This document shows, in pieces, positions 9,912 through 21,946 of a stretch of DNA of 64,000 nt. Where the stretch lies: assembly GCA_040768745.1 (NCBI GenBank), contig JAXGMI010000001.1, positions 128,001 through 192,000 on the forward strand. The letters run 5' to 3'. The notes beneath the pieces are model-generated. The model made no database searches and was not told where the DNA came from. It saw only the letters and a list, made by a program, of their open reading frames with translations. The position numbers and the translations under genes are program-made. The first letter of the stretch is position 1; each line of letters starts with the position of its first letter. The stretch is from Desulfomicrobium sp. (GTDB lineage Bacteria > Desulfobacterota > Desulfovibrionia > Desulfovibrionales > Desulfomicrobiaceae).

Positions 9912-11768
9912 TTAGATTGCCGCCGCGCCGAGGAGGCGCAGATACTCTTCTTCGCTCAGAATGACTGTACCGCTGGTCTTGGCCTTGGCGATCTTGTTCG
10001 CCCCCACGTTCTCCCCGCAGACCAGATAGTCGGTCTTGGAGTTGACCCCGCTCTGAACCAAGGCGCCAAGGGCACGGGCCTGCTCCTGCATCTCATCCCG
10101 GGATCCCCGCGCCATCTTGCCGGTAAAGACCACGTGCTTTCCGGCCAGGGGGCTGTGTGTCTCCGCCCGCGCCCTGGCCATGCCCGTGGGCAGGATGCGG
10201 AAACCCAGGCTCAACAGGTGATCCATTGTCGGGGCCAGGCGCTTTATGCCCTGGGCTATGGACCGAGCGGTTATGGCTCCGAAACCGTGGATGGCTTCGA
10301 TCTGCTCCTGGCTGATGTGCAACAGCTCCTCCAGCCGGAAATGCTCCAGCAGTTTGCGGCTGTCGCCCTTGCCGAGATTCTCGATGCCCAGAGCGGCCAG
10401 AAAACGCCAATCTTCGACCTCGCGGACGCGGCTCAGGCGCACTGCTTCGGCCAGGTTGGCCGACTGCACCGGTCCAAACCCCATGGTCTTGAAATGTTCC
10501 TCTCCCAGCGCGTACACCTTTTCCAGGCTGTCATAGCCGAGGCTGACCATCTTTTCCACAGTTTTGCGGCCAAACCAGTCCGCGTTGCCCATGGTCTTGA
10601 ACCAGTGCTCGATGGTCTGCACGGTCTGGTCCGGACAGTGTTCGGCGTGGCATATCAAAAAATCACTTTCCCGGACAAGGCCGACGCCGCAAGAGGGACA
10701 CACCGCGGGCAAGGTCACATGGACCGCCACCAGCACGTCCTCTACCTTGGGAATGACCTCGCCACTGCGAATGACCTCGATCTCGGCTCCCGGACCCAGG
10801 CCTTTTTTCTCCAAAAAACCAGCATTGTGGGCCGTAACGCGGCGAATGGTTGCCCCCGAAAGATTGATGGGCTCCACAAGCAGGACCGGAGTGACCTTGC
10901 CGGTCCGCCCCACCTGCCAGCGAACTTCCTCCACCCGGGTCAGGGCTGTCTCGCCTTTGCGCTTGACCGCGATCTGCCAGCGGTAATGGTGGCTGGTGGC
11001 GCCCATGGTCCGGCGCACATCCTTGTCCACCACCTCTACCACCATCCCATCCAGGGGGTAGTCCACCTGACCCGAAAGATCAGCGGTGATCTCCTCCATG
11101 CGCGAAAGGAGTTCCTCCCCACCGCCTTCCCAGGCCGGCAACAGGCTGTAGGGAACGAAATGCACAACCCCCGCGTCCAGGGCGGTCCTTGCCGATTCGT
11201 TCACCACGTCCGAAGACACAATGCCCACAACCAGATTGCGCGGATGTTCAAATTTACCGGCCAGGTGGGCCTGAAAATAGCTCTGCGTGATGACCATTTC
11301 CCCCACGCCCAGACCCCTCCCGCCAATGGGGATCATGCCCTTGGCAAATGCCGAGCTGACCTCGTATCCGGCTTCTCCATCGCCCCGCGTGGCAAACACG
11401 GTCCCGTCGTCCCTGCCGGCCAGACCGTCCAGCTTGGGTGTCACCCTGAACCGAACCCCGGACACGCCAATCTCGGCCGCCTCCCTGCTGACCCTTGCCA
11501 CGAAGCGCTCCAGTTCCTCGACAGTATAGGCTTTTTCCGTGGACAGCATGGGCACAGGATGCCGGATTTCGCGCTTGCCGCTGAAGGTCTCGGGCTCCAC
11601 ACGATGCAGAAACGGGTGGTCGGGTTCCAGTTCATGCAGACGGGCCACAAGCAGGTCGTACTGTGCATCACTGACCAGGGGAGATCCCTGGCGATAGGCC
11701 TCATTGTATTCACGCAATCGTTCGACCAGACGTTGGGCCTCAGAGGGAAGTGCCACAGGAAGGTTCAT
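9912..11768 (-). CDS. ligA: NAD+-dependent DNA ligase (LigA-type, divergent adenylation domain)
   Basis: Domain Ia Y...SDAQYD, KLDG, TRGDG, HPRN, DGMV, QVGRTG.VTPV, RSGEVIPK, C4 Zn finger, HhH repeats, BRCT (VFTG...KTDYLVCGEN.G..K). Confidence 0.88.
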   Translation of the reverse strand: MNLPVALPSEAQRLVERLREYNEAYRQGSPLVSDAQYDLLVARLHELEPDHPFLHRVEPETFSGKREIRHPVPMLSTEKAYTVEELERFVARVSREAAEIGVSGVRFRVTPKLDGLAGRDDGTVFATRGDGEAGYEVSSAFAKGMIPIGGRGLGVGEMVITQSYFQAHLAGKFEHPRNLVVGIVSSDVVNESARTALDAGVVHFVPYSLLPAWEGGGEELLSRMEEITADLSGQVDYPLDGMVVEVVDKDVRRTMGATSHHYRWQIAVKRKGETALTRVEEVRWQVGRTGKVTPVLLVEPINLSGATIRRVTAHNAGFLEKKGLGPGAEIEVIRSGEVIPKVEDVLVAVHVTLPAVCPSCGVGLVRESDFLICHAEHCPDQTVQTIEHWFKTMGNADWFGRKTVEKMVSLGYDSLEKVYALGEEHFKTMGFGPVQSANLAEAVRLSRVREVEDWRFLAALGIENLGKGDSRKLLEHFRLEELLHISQEQIEAIHGFGAITARSIAQGIKRLAPTMDHLLSLGFRILPTGMARARAETHSPLAGKHVVFTGKMARGSRDEMQEQARALGALVQSGVNSKTDYLVCGENVGANKIAKAKTSGTVILSEEEYLRLLGAAAI

Positions 11769-12880
11769 GCTGCAGACTCCGCTTCAGATCGGCAAACACG
11801 CTGTAACCCATCGAAGTTCTCGGGCGGTCCCACGGCAATGAGCGTGTCTCCGGCCTCGATGACGGCTTCGGGATGGGGATTGAAGATCATGCCCCCATCC
11901 GCCTTCTCGATGGCGATGATCATGAGGTTGAAACGGGGGCGGATGCCCGAGGTGATCAGATTCTTGCCGACCAGCTCACAACCGGGGCGGACTTGGATTT
12001 CCTCCATCTGCAGTTTGTGCCCCTGGGTGGCCAGATCCACGAAATCCGTGACCGTGGGCCTCAGCATGACCTGGGCAATGCGCTTGCCGCCGATCTGATG
12101 CGGGGTCAGAACCCGGTTGGCTCCAGCCCTTTCCAGTTTGGAAATCGACTCGGGCCGGTCGGCCCTGGCGATGATGGTCAGATCCGGGTTGAACTGCCTG
12201 GAGGAAAGCGTGATATAGACATTCTCAGCGTCCTGGCTGACACAGGCGAACAACCCTCTGGCCCGCTCCACTCCTGCGGCCAGGAGAAGTTCGTCTGTGG
12301 TTGCGTCACCCTCCAGAAAGAGCAAGTTCTCCCGCTCCAACTCAGCCAGCAGTTCCGGGTCCTTCTCGAGGATGACAACGGGCAGGTTCTCGCGACGGAT
12401 TTCAGCGGCCACCACTGCCCCGATGCGCCCAAATCCACAGATGATATAATGGTCTGCCAGGGCATTAATGATCTTTTGCATTTTCCGTTTCCCCCATAAA
12501 TCCTGGAGCCGCCCTTCCACCACCACCTGCGTAAAGGCCCCCACGAGATAGGCAAAACTGCCCACGCCCATGAGGATGAGCACAGCCACCATCAGGCGGG
12601 CCCTGTCCGAAAGCGGGTGCAATTCCATGAAACCGACAGTGGAAAGGGTCATGACCACCTGATAGAAGCTGTCCAGCAGGGTCCACCCTTCCACAACCAC
12701 GAAGATGAACAACCCGTACGCAAAGACCGCCAGCAGGAAGCCAGCCCCCAGGATCAGCGGGAAAAAGGATCCAAACCGGAATTTCACCACCTGGTACAGG
12801 CCGGTCAACCCGCGAAAGTTCCTGGCCCAGCCAGGCCACATGCGGTGCAGAAAAGATTTGGGCGGTGACGGCGCGCTCAT
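11765..12880 (-). CDS. Potassium channel protein with TrkA-N/TrkA-C (RCK) domains
   Basis: 2 TM plus pore TLSTVGF, GFGRIG Rossmann motif, GDAT, C-terminal RCK_C (FNP...[11 protein letters not shown]). Confidence 0.9.
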   Translation of the reverse strand: MSAPSPPKSFLHRMWPGWARNFRGLTGLYQVVKFRFGSFFPLILGAGFLLAVFAYGLFIFVVVEGWTLLDSFYQVVMTLSTVGFMELHPLSDRARLMVAVLILMGVGSFAYLVGAFTQVVVEGRLQDLWGKRKMQKIINALADHYIICGFGRIGAVVAAEIRRENLPVVILEKDPELLAELERENLLFLEGDATTDELLLAAGVERARGLFACVSQDAENVYITLSSRQFNPDLTIIARADRPESISKLERAGANRVLTPHQIGGKRIAQVMLRPTVTDFVDLATQGHKLQMEEIQVRPGCELVGKNLITSGIRPRFNLMIIAIEKADGGMIFNPHPEAVIEAGDTLIAVGPPENFDGLQRVCRSEAESAA

Positions 12881-14895
12881 CCTCGTGTCGCCTTGGAAAC
12901 ATCCAGGCCATACTCTTTTTCCAGGTTCTTGATCCGGTCTCTGAGCCGGGCCGCTTCCTCGAACTCCAGCATTTCAGCCGCCTTGCGCATTTCCCTGGAG
13001 AGGCGCTGAATCTCCTTGGCCGCTCCGGCTGGTCCGGGATCATATCCTGCGCCGGTCTCGGCGGCCCGTCCCTGATCCTGGACTTCCCGGTGCAGATCAT
13101 AGAGCACGTTCTCGGCGTTCTTGCGGATGGTCCGGGGGATGATCCCGTGCTCCCGGTTGAAAGCGGTCTGGCGTTCACGCCGGCGCCGGGTCTCGTCCAT
13201 CGCCTCGGCCATGGAGCGGGTCACTGCATCGGCGTAGAGCAGGACCGTGCCCCGCACGTTGCGGGCAGACCGGCCAAAGGTCTGGATCAGGGAACGGGTC
13301 GAACGCAGGAACCCCTCCTTGTCCGCGTCCAAAATGGCTACCAGGGAAACTTCCGGAATATCAAGACCTTCCCGCAGGAGATTGATGCCCACCAGCACAT
13401 CAAACTCCCCGTTTCGCAACGCCTGAATGATGGCCACCCTTTCCAGGGTGTCGATATCCGAGTGCAGATACCGGGCCCGCACTCCCCTGGAAATCAGAAA
13501 TTCCGTCAGATCCTCGGCCATGCGCTTGGTCAGAGTAGTGACCATAACCCGTTCATTATCGGCAATGCGGCCCAGGCACTGTTCCATGAGGTGGTCCATC
13601 TGGCCATGGGTGGGAATGACTTCCACCACGGGATCCACGAGGCCAGTGGGTCTGATGATCTGCTCCACCACGACGCCTTGGGCCCGTTCCAGTTCCCAAA
13701 GACCGGGAGTGGCGGAAACGAATACAGAAGTGTCGATGCGGGCCAAAAATTCCTCGAAGCAGAGGGGGCGGTTGTCCAGGGCCGACGGTAAACGGAACCC
13801 GTAATCCACAAGGGTCTGTTTGCGTGATCGGTCCCCGTTGAACATGCCTCCGATCTGGGGCACGGTGATGTGCGACTCGTCCACGAAGAGCAGGAAGTCC
13901 CTGGGAAAATAATCCAGGAGCGTGGCCGGTGGTTGTCCCTTGACGCGACCGTCCAGGTGCAGAGAATAGTTTTCGATCCCGTTGCAGTAGCCGAGCTCCT
14001 CGATCATCTCCAGGTCAAGCTGGGTCTTCTGTTCCAGGCGCTGGGCCTCTACCAGCATGTTCCGGGCATGAAAATAGTCCAGGCGCTGGCGCAACTCCTC
14101 TCGGATGTCGGCCATGGCCCGCACAAGGTTGTCCCGATCCGAGACGTAATGGCTGGCGGGATAGATGACCGTTTTCTGGATGCGGGACAGCACCTTTCCC
14201 GTCAACGGATCTGTCTCATAGATCCCGTCGATCTCATCCCCGAAAAACTCGAGGCGCAGGGCCTGCTCGTGCTTGTAGGCCGGGACGATCTCCAGCACGT
14301 CGCCGCGCACGCGGAAGGTGCCGCGATGAAGGTCATAGTCGTTTCTCTCGTACTGAACATCCACCAACCTTCCAATGATCCCTTCCATGCCCACCTGTTG
14401 CCCGCATTCCACAGGAATGACCATTCTGGCGTAGTATTCGGGAGATCCGAGGCCGTAAATGCATGATACCGAAGCGACGATGATCACGTCGCGGCGTGTG
14501 AGCAAGGCGTGGGTGGCGGCATGTCGCAGCTTGTCGAGGTCCTCGTTGATGGCCGAATCTTTCTCGATATAGGTGTCAGAGTGAGGAAGATACGCTTCCG
14601 GTTGATAGTAGTCGTAGTAGCTGACGAAATACTCCACCGCATTGCGCGGAAAGAGCCCCTTGAACTCGTTGTACAGCTGGGCTGCCAGGGTTTTGTTCGG
14701 GGCCATGATCAGGGCCGGGCGATTCAGCTCCGCAATGACATGGGCCATGGTAAACGTCTTGCCCGATCCGGTCACGCCGAGCAAAACTTGGTCCCGCACG
14801 CCCTGCCGCACCCCGGCGCAAAGTTGGGCAATGGCGCTTGGCTGGTCCCCACGCGGGACATATCCGGAGACAAGTTTGAAAATGCTCTCAGCCAT
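12877..14895 (-). CDS. uvrB: Excinuclease ABC subunit B
   Basis: [40 protein letters not shown]-terminal UVR domain; start at MAESIFKL. Confidence 0.98.
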   Translation of the reverse strand: MAESIFKLVSGYVPRGDQPSAIAQLCAGVRQGVRDQVLLGVTGSGKTFTMAHVIAELNRPALIMAPNKTLAAQLYNEFKGLFPRNAVEYFVSYYDYYQPEAYLPHSDTYIEKDSAINEDLDKLRHAATHALLTRRDVIIVASVSCIYGLGSPEYYARMVIPVECGQQVGMEGIIGRLVDVQYERNDYDLHRGTFRVRGDVLEIVPAYKHEQALRLEFFGDEIDGIYETDPLTGKVLSRIQKTVIYPASHYVSDRDNLVRAMADIREELRQRLDYFHARNMLVEAQRLEQKTQLDLEMIEELGYCNGIENYSLHLDGRVKGQPPATLLDYFPRDFLLFVDESHITVPQIGGMFNGDRSRKQTLVDYGFRLPSALDNRPLCFEEFLARIDTSVFVSATPGLWELERAQGVVVEQIIRPTGLVDPVVEVIPTHGQMDHLMEQCLGRIADNERVMVTTLTKRMAEDLTEFLISRGVRARYLHSDIDTLERVAIIQALRNGEFDVLVGINLLREGLDIPEVSLVAILDADKEGFLRSTRSLIQTFGRSARNVRGTVLLYADAVTRSMAEAMDETRRRRERQTAFNREHGIIPRTIRKNAENVLYDLHREVQDQGRAAETGAGYDPGPAGAAKEIQRLSREMRKAAEMLEFEEAARLRDRIKNLEKEYGLDVSKATRG

Positions 14896-14923
14896 GGATA
14901 CCTGACCTGCAGAGTGTGGCATC

Positions 14924-15754
14924 CTATTTGGGCCGGATGCCCAGGACGTTGGGTGCTGGCCAGAAATTTCTGTTGCTGCCCTGGAAAAAATCAGATTGGT
15001 ATTCGCCCACCCAGCGTCCAGTGAATCCGTTTGCATCCACGTACATGGCGGCGTCGGCCCCACCTTCCACATACATGGCTCCAATCAGATCCAACGGCAA
15101 ATCCAGCAGGGCCTGGGCGAATTCGTGCAGGGAGAGGCGCGGCCGGGAATGGATGAAAAGAAGCCGACCGGCCTGGTCCATGGCAATGGCTGCGGCCGAA
15201 TGGCGCCTCTCGCTCTGAGACCAGAGATTTTCGCCCTGACGGCTGATCAGCCGGTAATTCTGGATGATGCCGTGGTACCTGTCCAGCACGGTCTCCCAGT
15301 CGGGGTCGGCCTTGCGGTCCACCCAACGCACGGGCGGAAGCTCGGGATCCTTGGGCTGAAAGGCCAGGATGGCGCCATACCCTGGGTGCATATACCCGCT
15401 GACCACCCCTCGGATATCGCGCATAAAGCCGGTACTGCGCATGCGATCATCGGAGCGGAACATACCGGCGTTGATCACCGCCACGAAACCCTCGGTCCTG
15501 GCCCACTCCTGCATGGTTTGCATCCGGCCAGCACTCAGGGCCGTGCCCAGCGACAACCCATACTGCTCCGTATCGATGCGCACGGCGGCCATGACACCCT
15601 GCTGGCCACTCAAATCGCCGGCCTGATCAGGGATCCGGAATTCACGGAGCTCCAATCCTGGGGCCAAAAGGGTCCATTCCTCCGCCCGCAGCGGGAGGAC
15701 GAAGGCAAACATGAGCAGAAAAACAAGAATGGCGCGGAGAAAAAGGGCGGTCAT
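14924..15754 (-). CDS. Phosphodiester glycosidase (NAGPA-like) family exported protein
   Basis: Signal peptide, INAGMF, AMYVEGG, PNVLG. Confidence 0.75.
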   Translation of the reverse strand: MTALFLRAILVFLLMFAFVLPLRAEEWTLLAPGLELREFRIPDQAGDLSGQQGVMAAVRIDTEQYGLSLGTALSAGRMQTMQEWARTEGFVAVINAGMFRSDDRMRSTGFMRDIRGVVSGYMHPGYGAILAFQPKDPELPPVRWVDRKADPDWETVLDRYHGIIQNYRLISRQGENLWSQSERRHSAAAIAMDQAGRLLFIHSRPRLSLHEFAQALLDLPLDLIGAMYVEGGADAAMYVDANGFTGRWVGEYQSDFFQGSNRNFWPAPNVLGIRPK

Positions 15755-15910
15755 GGCAATGCTCCCAAGAAGCCGGATGGCCCGTCATCCGGTTCATTTC
15801 ATAGAAGCGGAATCATTTCAAGCAGAACGGATCTGGCGGCATTGAAGCCCAGGTCAAAGCGTGCTAAACGTTCACTGGTAAAATCAGACATGCTTGGGGA
15901 GGGAGGATTC

Positions 15911-16399
15911 ATGGAAATACATCGCAAGGAATCGAATGCACCCCAGCCCTGTCCGCGGGGATTTGCCGCCAGCATCTGCATCCGAGTGTTTAAGGGACGC
16001 AAGGACGTCGTCGTGCATCTCTTCCGGCCGCAGTGGGAGCCCGCAGAGATGGAGAGCGTGCACTGGGCCGACCTGATCCAGGAAGGTCCGCATGAACCAG
16101 CGGCGGGCAGGGGCGACAGCAGAGCGGTGGTTCTTGAATCCTTTACCCGGGATGAATTGGAACTTATCGTCAAGTACCTCGCCGGGCGCTATGCAGACCG
16201 CCTGACACACATCACCACCACTGCCCTCGATTTTCCCCTGCCGGCGGATCTTCTGCCCCTGAGCTCCATGCCGGAAGGCAAGGACATAGGCCGCATCCGC
16301 TTTGAAATCGTGCCCGGCTACCCCCTGCCATTTGCCGTTCACGGGCTGTACGATCTGAGCCAGCACAAGCCCATGGACCAAGGTTTGAATCCGGACTAA
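15911..16399 (+). CDS. Hypothetical protein
   Basis: 3' part of ORF 14996..16399; strong GGAGGA RBS before ATG; fills the gap between minus-strand genes. Confidence 0.7.
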   Translation: MEIHRKESNAPQPCPRGFAASICIRVFKGRKDVVVHLFRPQWEPAEMESVHWADLIQEGPHEPAAGRGDSRAVVLESFTRDELELIVKYLAGRYADRLTHITTTALDFPLPADLLPLSSMPEGKDIGRIRFEIVPGYPLPFAVHGLYDLSQHKPMDQGLNPD

Positions 16400-16923
16400 T
16401 TCTGGCGCCCCTCCAGCTCGAAGCCGCGCCGCAGCAGGCGAAACAGGTTTCTGCCGTTCTTGGACGGATTTCCGGCCGCCTTTTCAGCAGCTGCGGCCTT
16501 GACGATCTGGTGCACCTGGTGCCGGTCCAGCCCAAATCTGCGGACCATCTCCCCCAGAAGGCCCTCATCGCCGGCAACCAGAGCGTCTCGCCATTCTTCG
16601 AGGCGATGAAAATCCTCGGCCTGCTGATAACGCAACTGGTCCAACGCCTCCAGGGCCTGCCGCACAGGTTCCGGATCGATACGCCGCATGACCGCGCCGA
16701 TGAACTGCAGGTGGCGCCGTCGTGCCTCCTTGTCTTTCAGGGAATGGTAGAACCTGATCGCTTCGGCCAGATCCTCGGGCAATCCCATCCGTTCGACTTG
16801 GTCAGGTTTCAGCTCGACCAGGCTTTCTCCGAGCTTCTGAAGGGCTGTCACATCCCGTTTGCGCTGGGATTTGCTGGGACGACCATCGTCTGCAGGGTCA
16901 TGTCCGTGGACAAATTCCGTCAT
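16396..16923 (-). CDS. yjgA: Ribosome biogenesis factor YjgA/DarP (DUF615)
   Basis: SKSQRKRD..ALQKLGE, RRRHLQFIG..MR, FH.LE.WRD.L. Confidence 0.92.
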   Translation of the reverse strand: MTEFVHGHDPADDGRPSKSQRKRDVTALQKLGESLVELKPDQVERMGLPEDLAEAIRFYHSLKDKEARRRHLQFIGAVMRRIDPEPVRQALEALDQLRYQQAEDFHRLEEWRDALVAGDEGLLGEMVRRFGLDRHQVHQIVKAAAAEKAAGNPSKNGRNLFRLLRRGFELEGRQN

Positions 16924-17651
16924 CTTTGCACTCCATACTCATGTGCGGGCTCAATCTGTAACCGGCCCTTATGCAGAGACCATCGCCCGCGGTGCGACGG
17001 CATCTGCAGTGCCTTTTCCAGGCGGGACAGAAAATCGGACCGGCGGACTTCGAAGCCACCAAAATGAACCATGTGCGGGGTGGTCTGTTGGCAGTCGAAC
17101 AGTGTATATCCCGCCCCATCCAGAATCCGCATCAACGCCACAAGCCCGGCCTTGGACGCGTTGGATTCACAATGGAACATGGACTCGCCAAAAAAAGCCC
17201 GTCCCAGGGCAACGCCGTACACCCCACCGACAAGTCGACCGCCGGACCAGACCTCCATACTGTGGGCAAAACCGATCTCAAAGAGGTGGCAGTAGGCTGC
17301 GTGCATCTCCGGCACAATCCACGTACCGTGCGCGCCCCGGCGGGGAATTCTGGCGCAGGCTGAAATGACCTGTTCAAAGGCGCGGTCCAGGGAAAAGGAA
17401 AACCTGCCTTGACGCAGGGTGCGCTCCAATCGGGCCGGAACATGGACGTGGGCTGGCTCCAGGATCAGGCGGGGGTCAGGACTCCACCACAGAATGGGGG
17501 CGTTTTCGCTGTACCAGGGGAAGATGCCCCGCCTGTAGGCCATGAGCAGCCGCATGGGGGAGAGGTCCCCGCCCACGGCCAGCAGGCCGTCGGTGTCGGC
17601 AAGGGCGGGATCGGGAAACACGAGTTCCGGGGACAGGGCAAAAACGGTCAC
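16920..17651 (-). CDS. aat: Leucyl/phenylalanyl-tRNA--protein transferase
   Basis: GLLAVGGDL, AYRRGIFPW, WWSPDPR, FFGESMF, ASK, DCQ. Confidence 0.97.
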   Translation of the reverse strand: MTVFALSPELVFPDPALADTDGLLAVGGDLSPMRLLMAYRRGIFPWYSENAPILWWSPDPRLILEPAHVHVPARLERTLRQGRFSFSLDRAFEQVISACARIPRRGAHGTWIVPEMHAAYCHLFEIGFAHSMEVWSGGRLVGGVYGVALGRAFFGESMFHCESNASKAGLVALMRILDGAGYTLFDCQQTTPHMVHFGGFEVRRSDFLSRLEKALQMPSHRGRWSLHKGRLQIEPAHEYGVQR

Positions 17652-17657
17652 GTCCGC

Positions 17658-19883
<2,226 letters not shown>

Positions 19884-20198
19884 TTATACCTCTTCCATGG
19901 AACAACGCAGAGGAAAAGACCTTTTTCTGGCCATATTGTGCACCAGATGGACCTTTGTCTCTGCAACTTCCGCTGTGTATATTCCACAAAGACCAATCCC
20001 TTTCTTGTGAACGCTCATCATGATGGCAAGTGCTTCTGGCTCGGATTTATTAAAGACGTTTCGCAACACTTCTACAACAAACTCCATTGACGTGTAATCA
20101 TCGTTGTGAAGCAAAACTTTGAATTGTCTTGGTTCTTGCACTTGGTCATCGACCAGTATTTCCGGACTGGAACCAGGAACCTCATATGGCTCGGTCAT
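19884..20198 (-). CDS. clpS: Clp protease adaptor ClpS
   Basis: VLLHNDDYTSMEFVV, M.VH..G, AETK, FPL. Confidence 0.96.
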   Translation of the reverse strand: MTEPYEVPGSSPEILVDDQVQEPRQFKVLLHNDDYTSMEFVVEVLRNVFNKSEPEALAIMMSVHKKGIGLCGIYTAEVAETKVHLVHNMARKRSFPLRCSMEEV

Positions 20199-20212
20199 GC
20201 AGCGCTCCACAT

Positions 20213-20515
20213 CTATTCATCGTCGCCGTACTCATCGATCCACGACTGCAGAATCTGCACGATCTGTCTGGCCTGTTTGACCGAGGAAATATTGAACTTG
20301 GAATGCGGCGAAAATCGGCCATTTCGCTTCTGGTACCGGGATACCCGAAACCTGACCGGCCCGAATTCACTCTCCCCGCGACCGACTTCCTGATATGCAA
20401 AGATCAAGGTGGCCCAGGCTCCTCGGGAAAGGACTTCCTTTTTCAATTCCCTGACCTTCTGCACTCCCTCCTCATCGGTCCAGTCCATGGAAATATCGTC
20501 AATGGTTTCAGCCAT
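20213..20515 (-). CDS. Conserved-looking hypothetical protein, first gene of the clpS-clpA-aat-yjgA run
   Basis: GAGGAG RBS, globular composition, 14-bp gap to clpS. Confidence 0.75.
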   Translation of the reverse strand: MAETIDDISMDWTDEEGVQKVRELKKEVLSRGAWATLIFAYQEVGRGESEFGPVRFRVSRYQKRNGRFSPHSKFNISSVKQARQIVQILQSWIDEYGDDE

Positions 20516-20748
20516 GCGTGCTCCTCACGGTTGTCGTCGCCCGGCATAAGCAGAATGCGACGTGGTGCAAAATCTATGGGAAGTGCGGCCATTGATGCAC
20601 AAGCTAATAATGCCGCACGTGCCAAATGCAAGCCTCAAACATCGTGCGCCGAAACGCTGTGCAGGAGGTTGGAAATGGAAAATGCAGATGGAAGCGCTCC
20701 AGGGAGGGCGCGAGCTATGCAGTCAGAAACGGGGCATGCCCGGGGGTA

Positions 20749-20788
20749 AGAAAAATCACGCCCCCGCATGCGTCAACTCGGGGGCGTG
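20749..20788 (-). terminator. Intrinsic terminator
   Basis: CACGCCCCCG/CGGGGGCGTG 10-bp stem followed by a U-tract on the minus strand, just after the 20806 stop. Confidence 0.8.
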
Positions 20789-20805
20789 CAGACAAACTGA
20801 CCAGC

Positions 20806-21132
20806 TCAGGGTTGCTCATAAAAAACATAGGTCGAAAATTCAGCCACCTCGAAATACACCTTTTTTTCATTCCCGTCGGTTTGGCCGTTGAGATTGACAT
20901 CCTGGACCCCATACCCGAAGCGATACCCCCTGGCTTGGCTGTCCGCAGTGCCGTATGCAGTGGAGAGTTTGTCTATCTTGATGAAGCGGTGGACGAGCTT
21001 CTCCCCGGCAAAGACTTCGAGCACGCCATTGGTCCCTGTCCAGTTCTGGATGGACCGGCCAAGCTGGTTCTGGGCTTCCTGGGTGCATCCCAGAATTCCG
21101 GCCAAAAGAAAAATAGCGAACATCAAACGCAT
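20806..21132 (-). CDS. Putative lipoprotein
   Basis: Signal peptide with lipobox ILGC, GGAGAGGA RBS, own terminator. Confidence 0.75.
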   Translation of the reverse strand: MRLMFAIFLLAGILGCTQEAQNQLGRSIQNWTGTNGVLEVFAGEKLVHRFIKIDKLSTAYGTADSQARGYRFGYGVQDVNLNGQTDGNEKKVYFEVAEFSTYVFYEQP

Positions 21133-21193
21133 GATATCCTCTCCTGTTCATCGTTACTCAGACAAAATTATCTGTGTCGATTCGCCGAGCTGA

Positions 21194-21916
21194 TTACAAC
21201 GCTCTTTCCTTTCTATTCATTTTAGTCCACCCCGGAACCATGTCCCAGGCTTTTCTCAGGAAATCCTCATGCTGATCAGACATGGGGTTGAACTCCCGCA
21301 ACCGTGCCTTGAATTTCGACCCATGATTGCGATGCTGCACGTGGCAGAGTTCATGAAGAATGACATGGTGCACCACGTCCGAGGGCAAAAAGAGAAGCTT
21401 CGCGTTCAGGCTGATGCATGAACTGGGGGAGCAGCTTCCCCAGCAGGTGATCTGGTTGCGGATCTGAACCTTGCTGACCTCGACATCGTGATGCCCGGCC
21501 AGGTCCCGAAAAACAGGGACCAGCCAACGTTTACCCTGGTCCACAAGCCACCGCTGCAGCAGGGAAATACCCCCCATTTCAGCACCCGGAGGTAGGCGCA
21601 ACTGCAGAACGCCCTCACCGGCTCGCAACTCAGTTCTGGCGCCCATGTCACGGCAAACATGATATGTGCGATCACAAAACGGCAAACGGATCAGCCTAGG
21701 CAGGGGATCCTGCCCAGGGGCCTCATTGCGGGCCGCGAGGTCAGCAAAACGGGCCAGAATCCACTGCCGGTGCCCATCCAGAATGGCTGGAACGTCTGCA
21801 GCCGAAACCCTGTACGGCAGTACAACCTCAAGCCCGCTGCCTGCGCGCATCCGCAGCCAGACCTTGCGCGCACGTCTGTTGCGCGTCACGGAGACGGGAA
21901 TCGATTGCCAGTGCAT
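21194..21916 (-). CDS. YgjP/DUF45 (M48-like) zinc metallohydrolase
   Basis: WGSCS...ISLN.KL, HVILHELCH...NHGSKF; start uncertain. Confidence 0.85.
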   Translation of the reverse strand: MHWQSIPVSVTRNRRARKVWLRMRAGSGLEVVLPYRVSAADVPAILDGHRQWILARFADLAARNEAPGQDPLPRLIRLPFCDRTYHVCRDMGARTELRAGEGVLQLRLPPGAEMGGISLLQRWLVDQGKRWLVPVFRDLAGHHDVEVSKVQIRNQITCWGSCSPSSCISLNAKLLFLPSDVVHHVILHELCHVQHRNHGSKFKARLREFNPMSDQHEDFLRKAWDMVPGWTKMNRKERAL

Positions 21917-21919
21917 GCG

Positions 21920-21943
21920 AAAAAGGGCGGCCTGGGCCGCCCT
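21920..21943 (-). terminator. Intrinsic terminator after the PEP synthase gene
   Basis: AGGGCGGC-loop-GCCGCCCT stem plus U-tract on the minus strand, 3 nt after the stop. Confidence 0.8.
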
Positions 21944-21946
21944 CTC

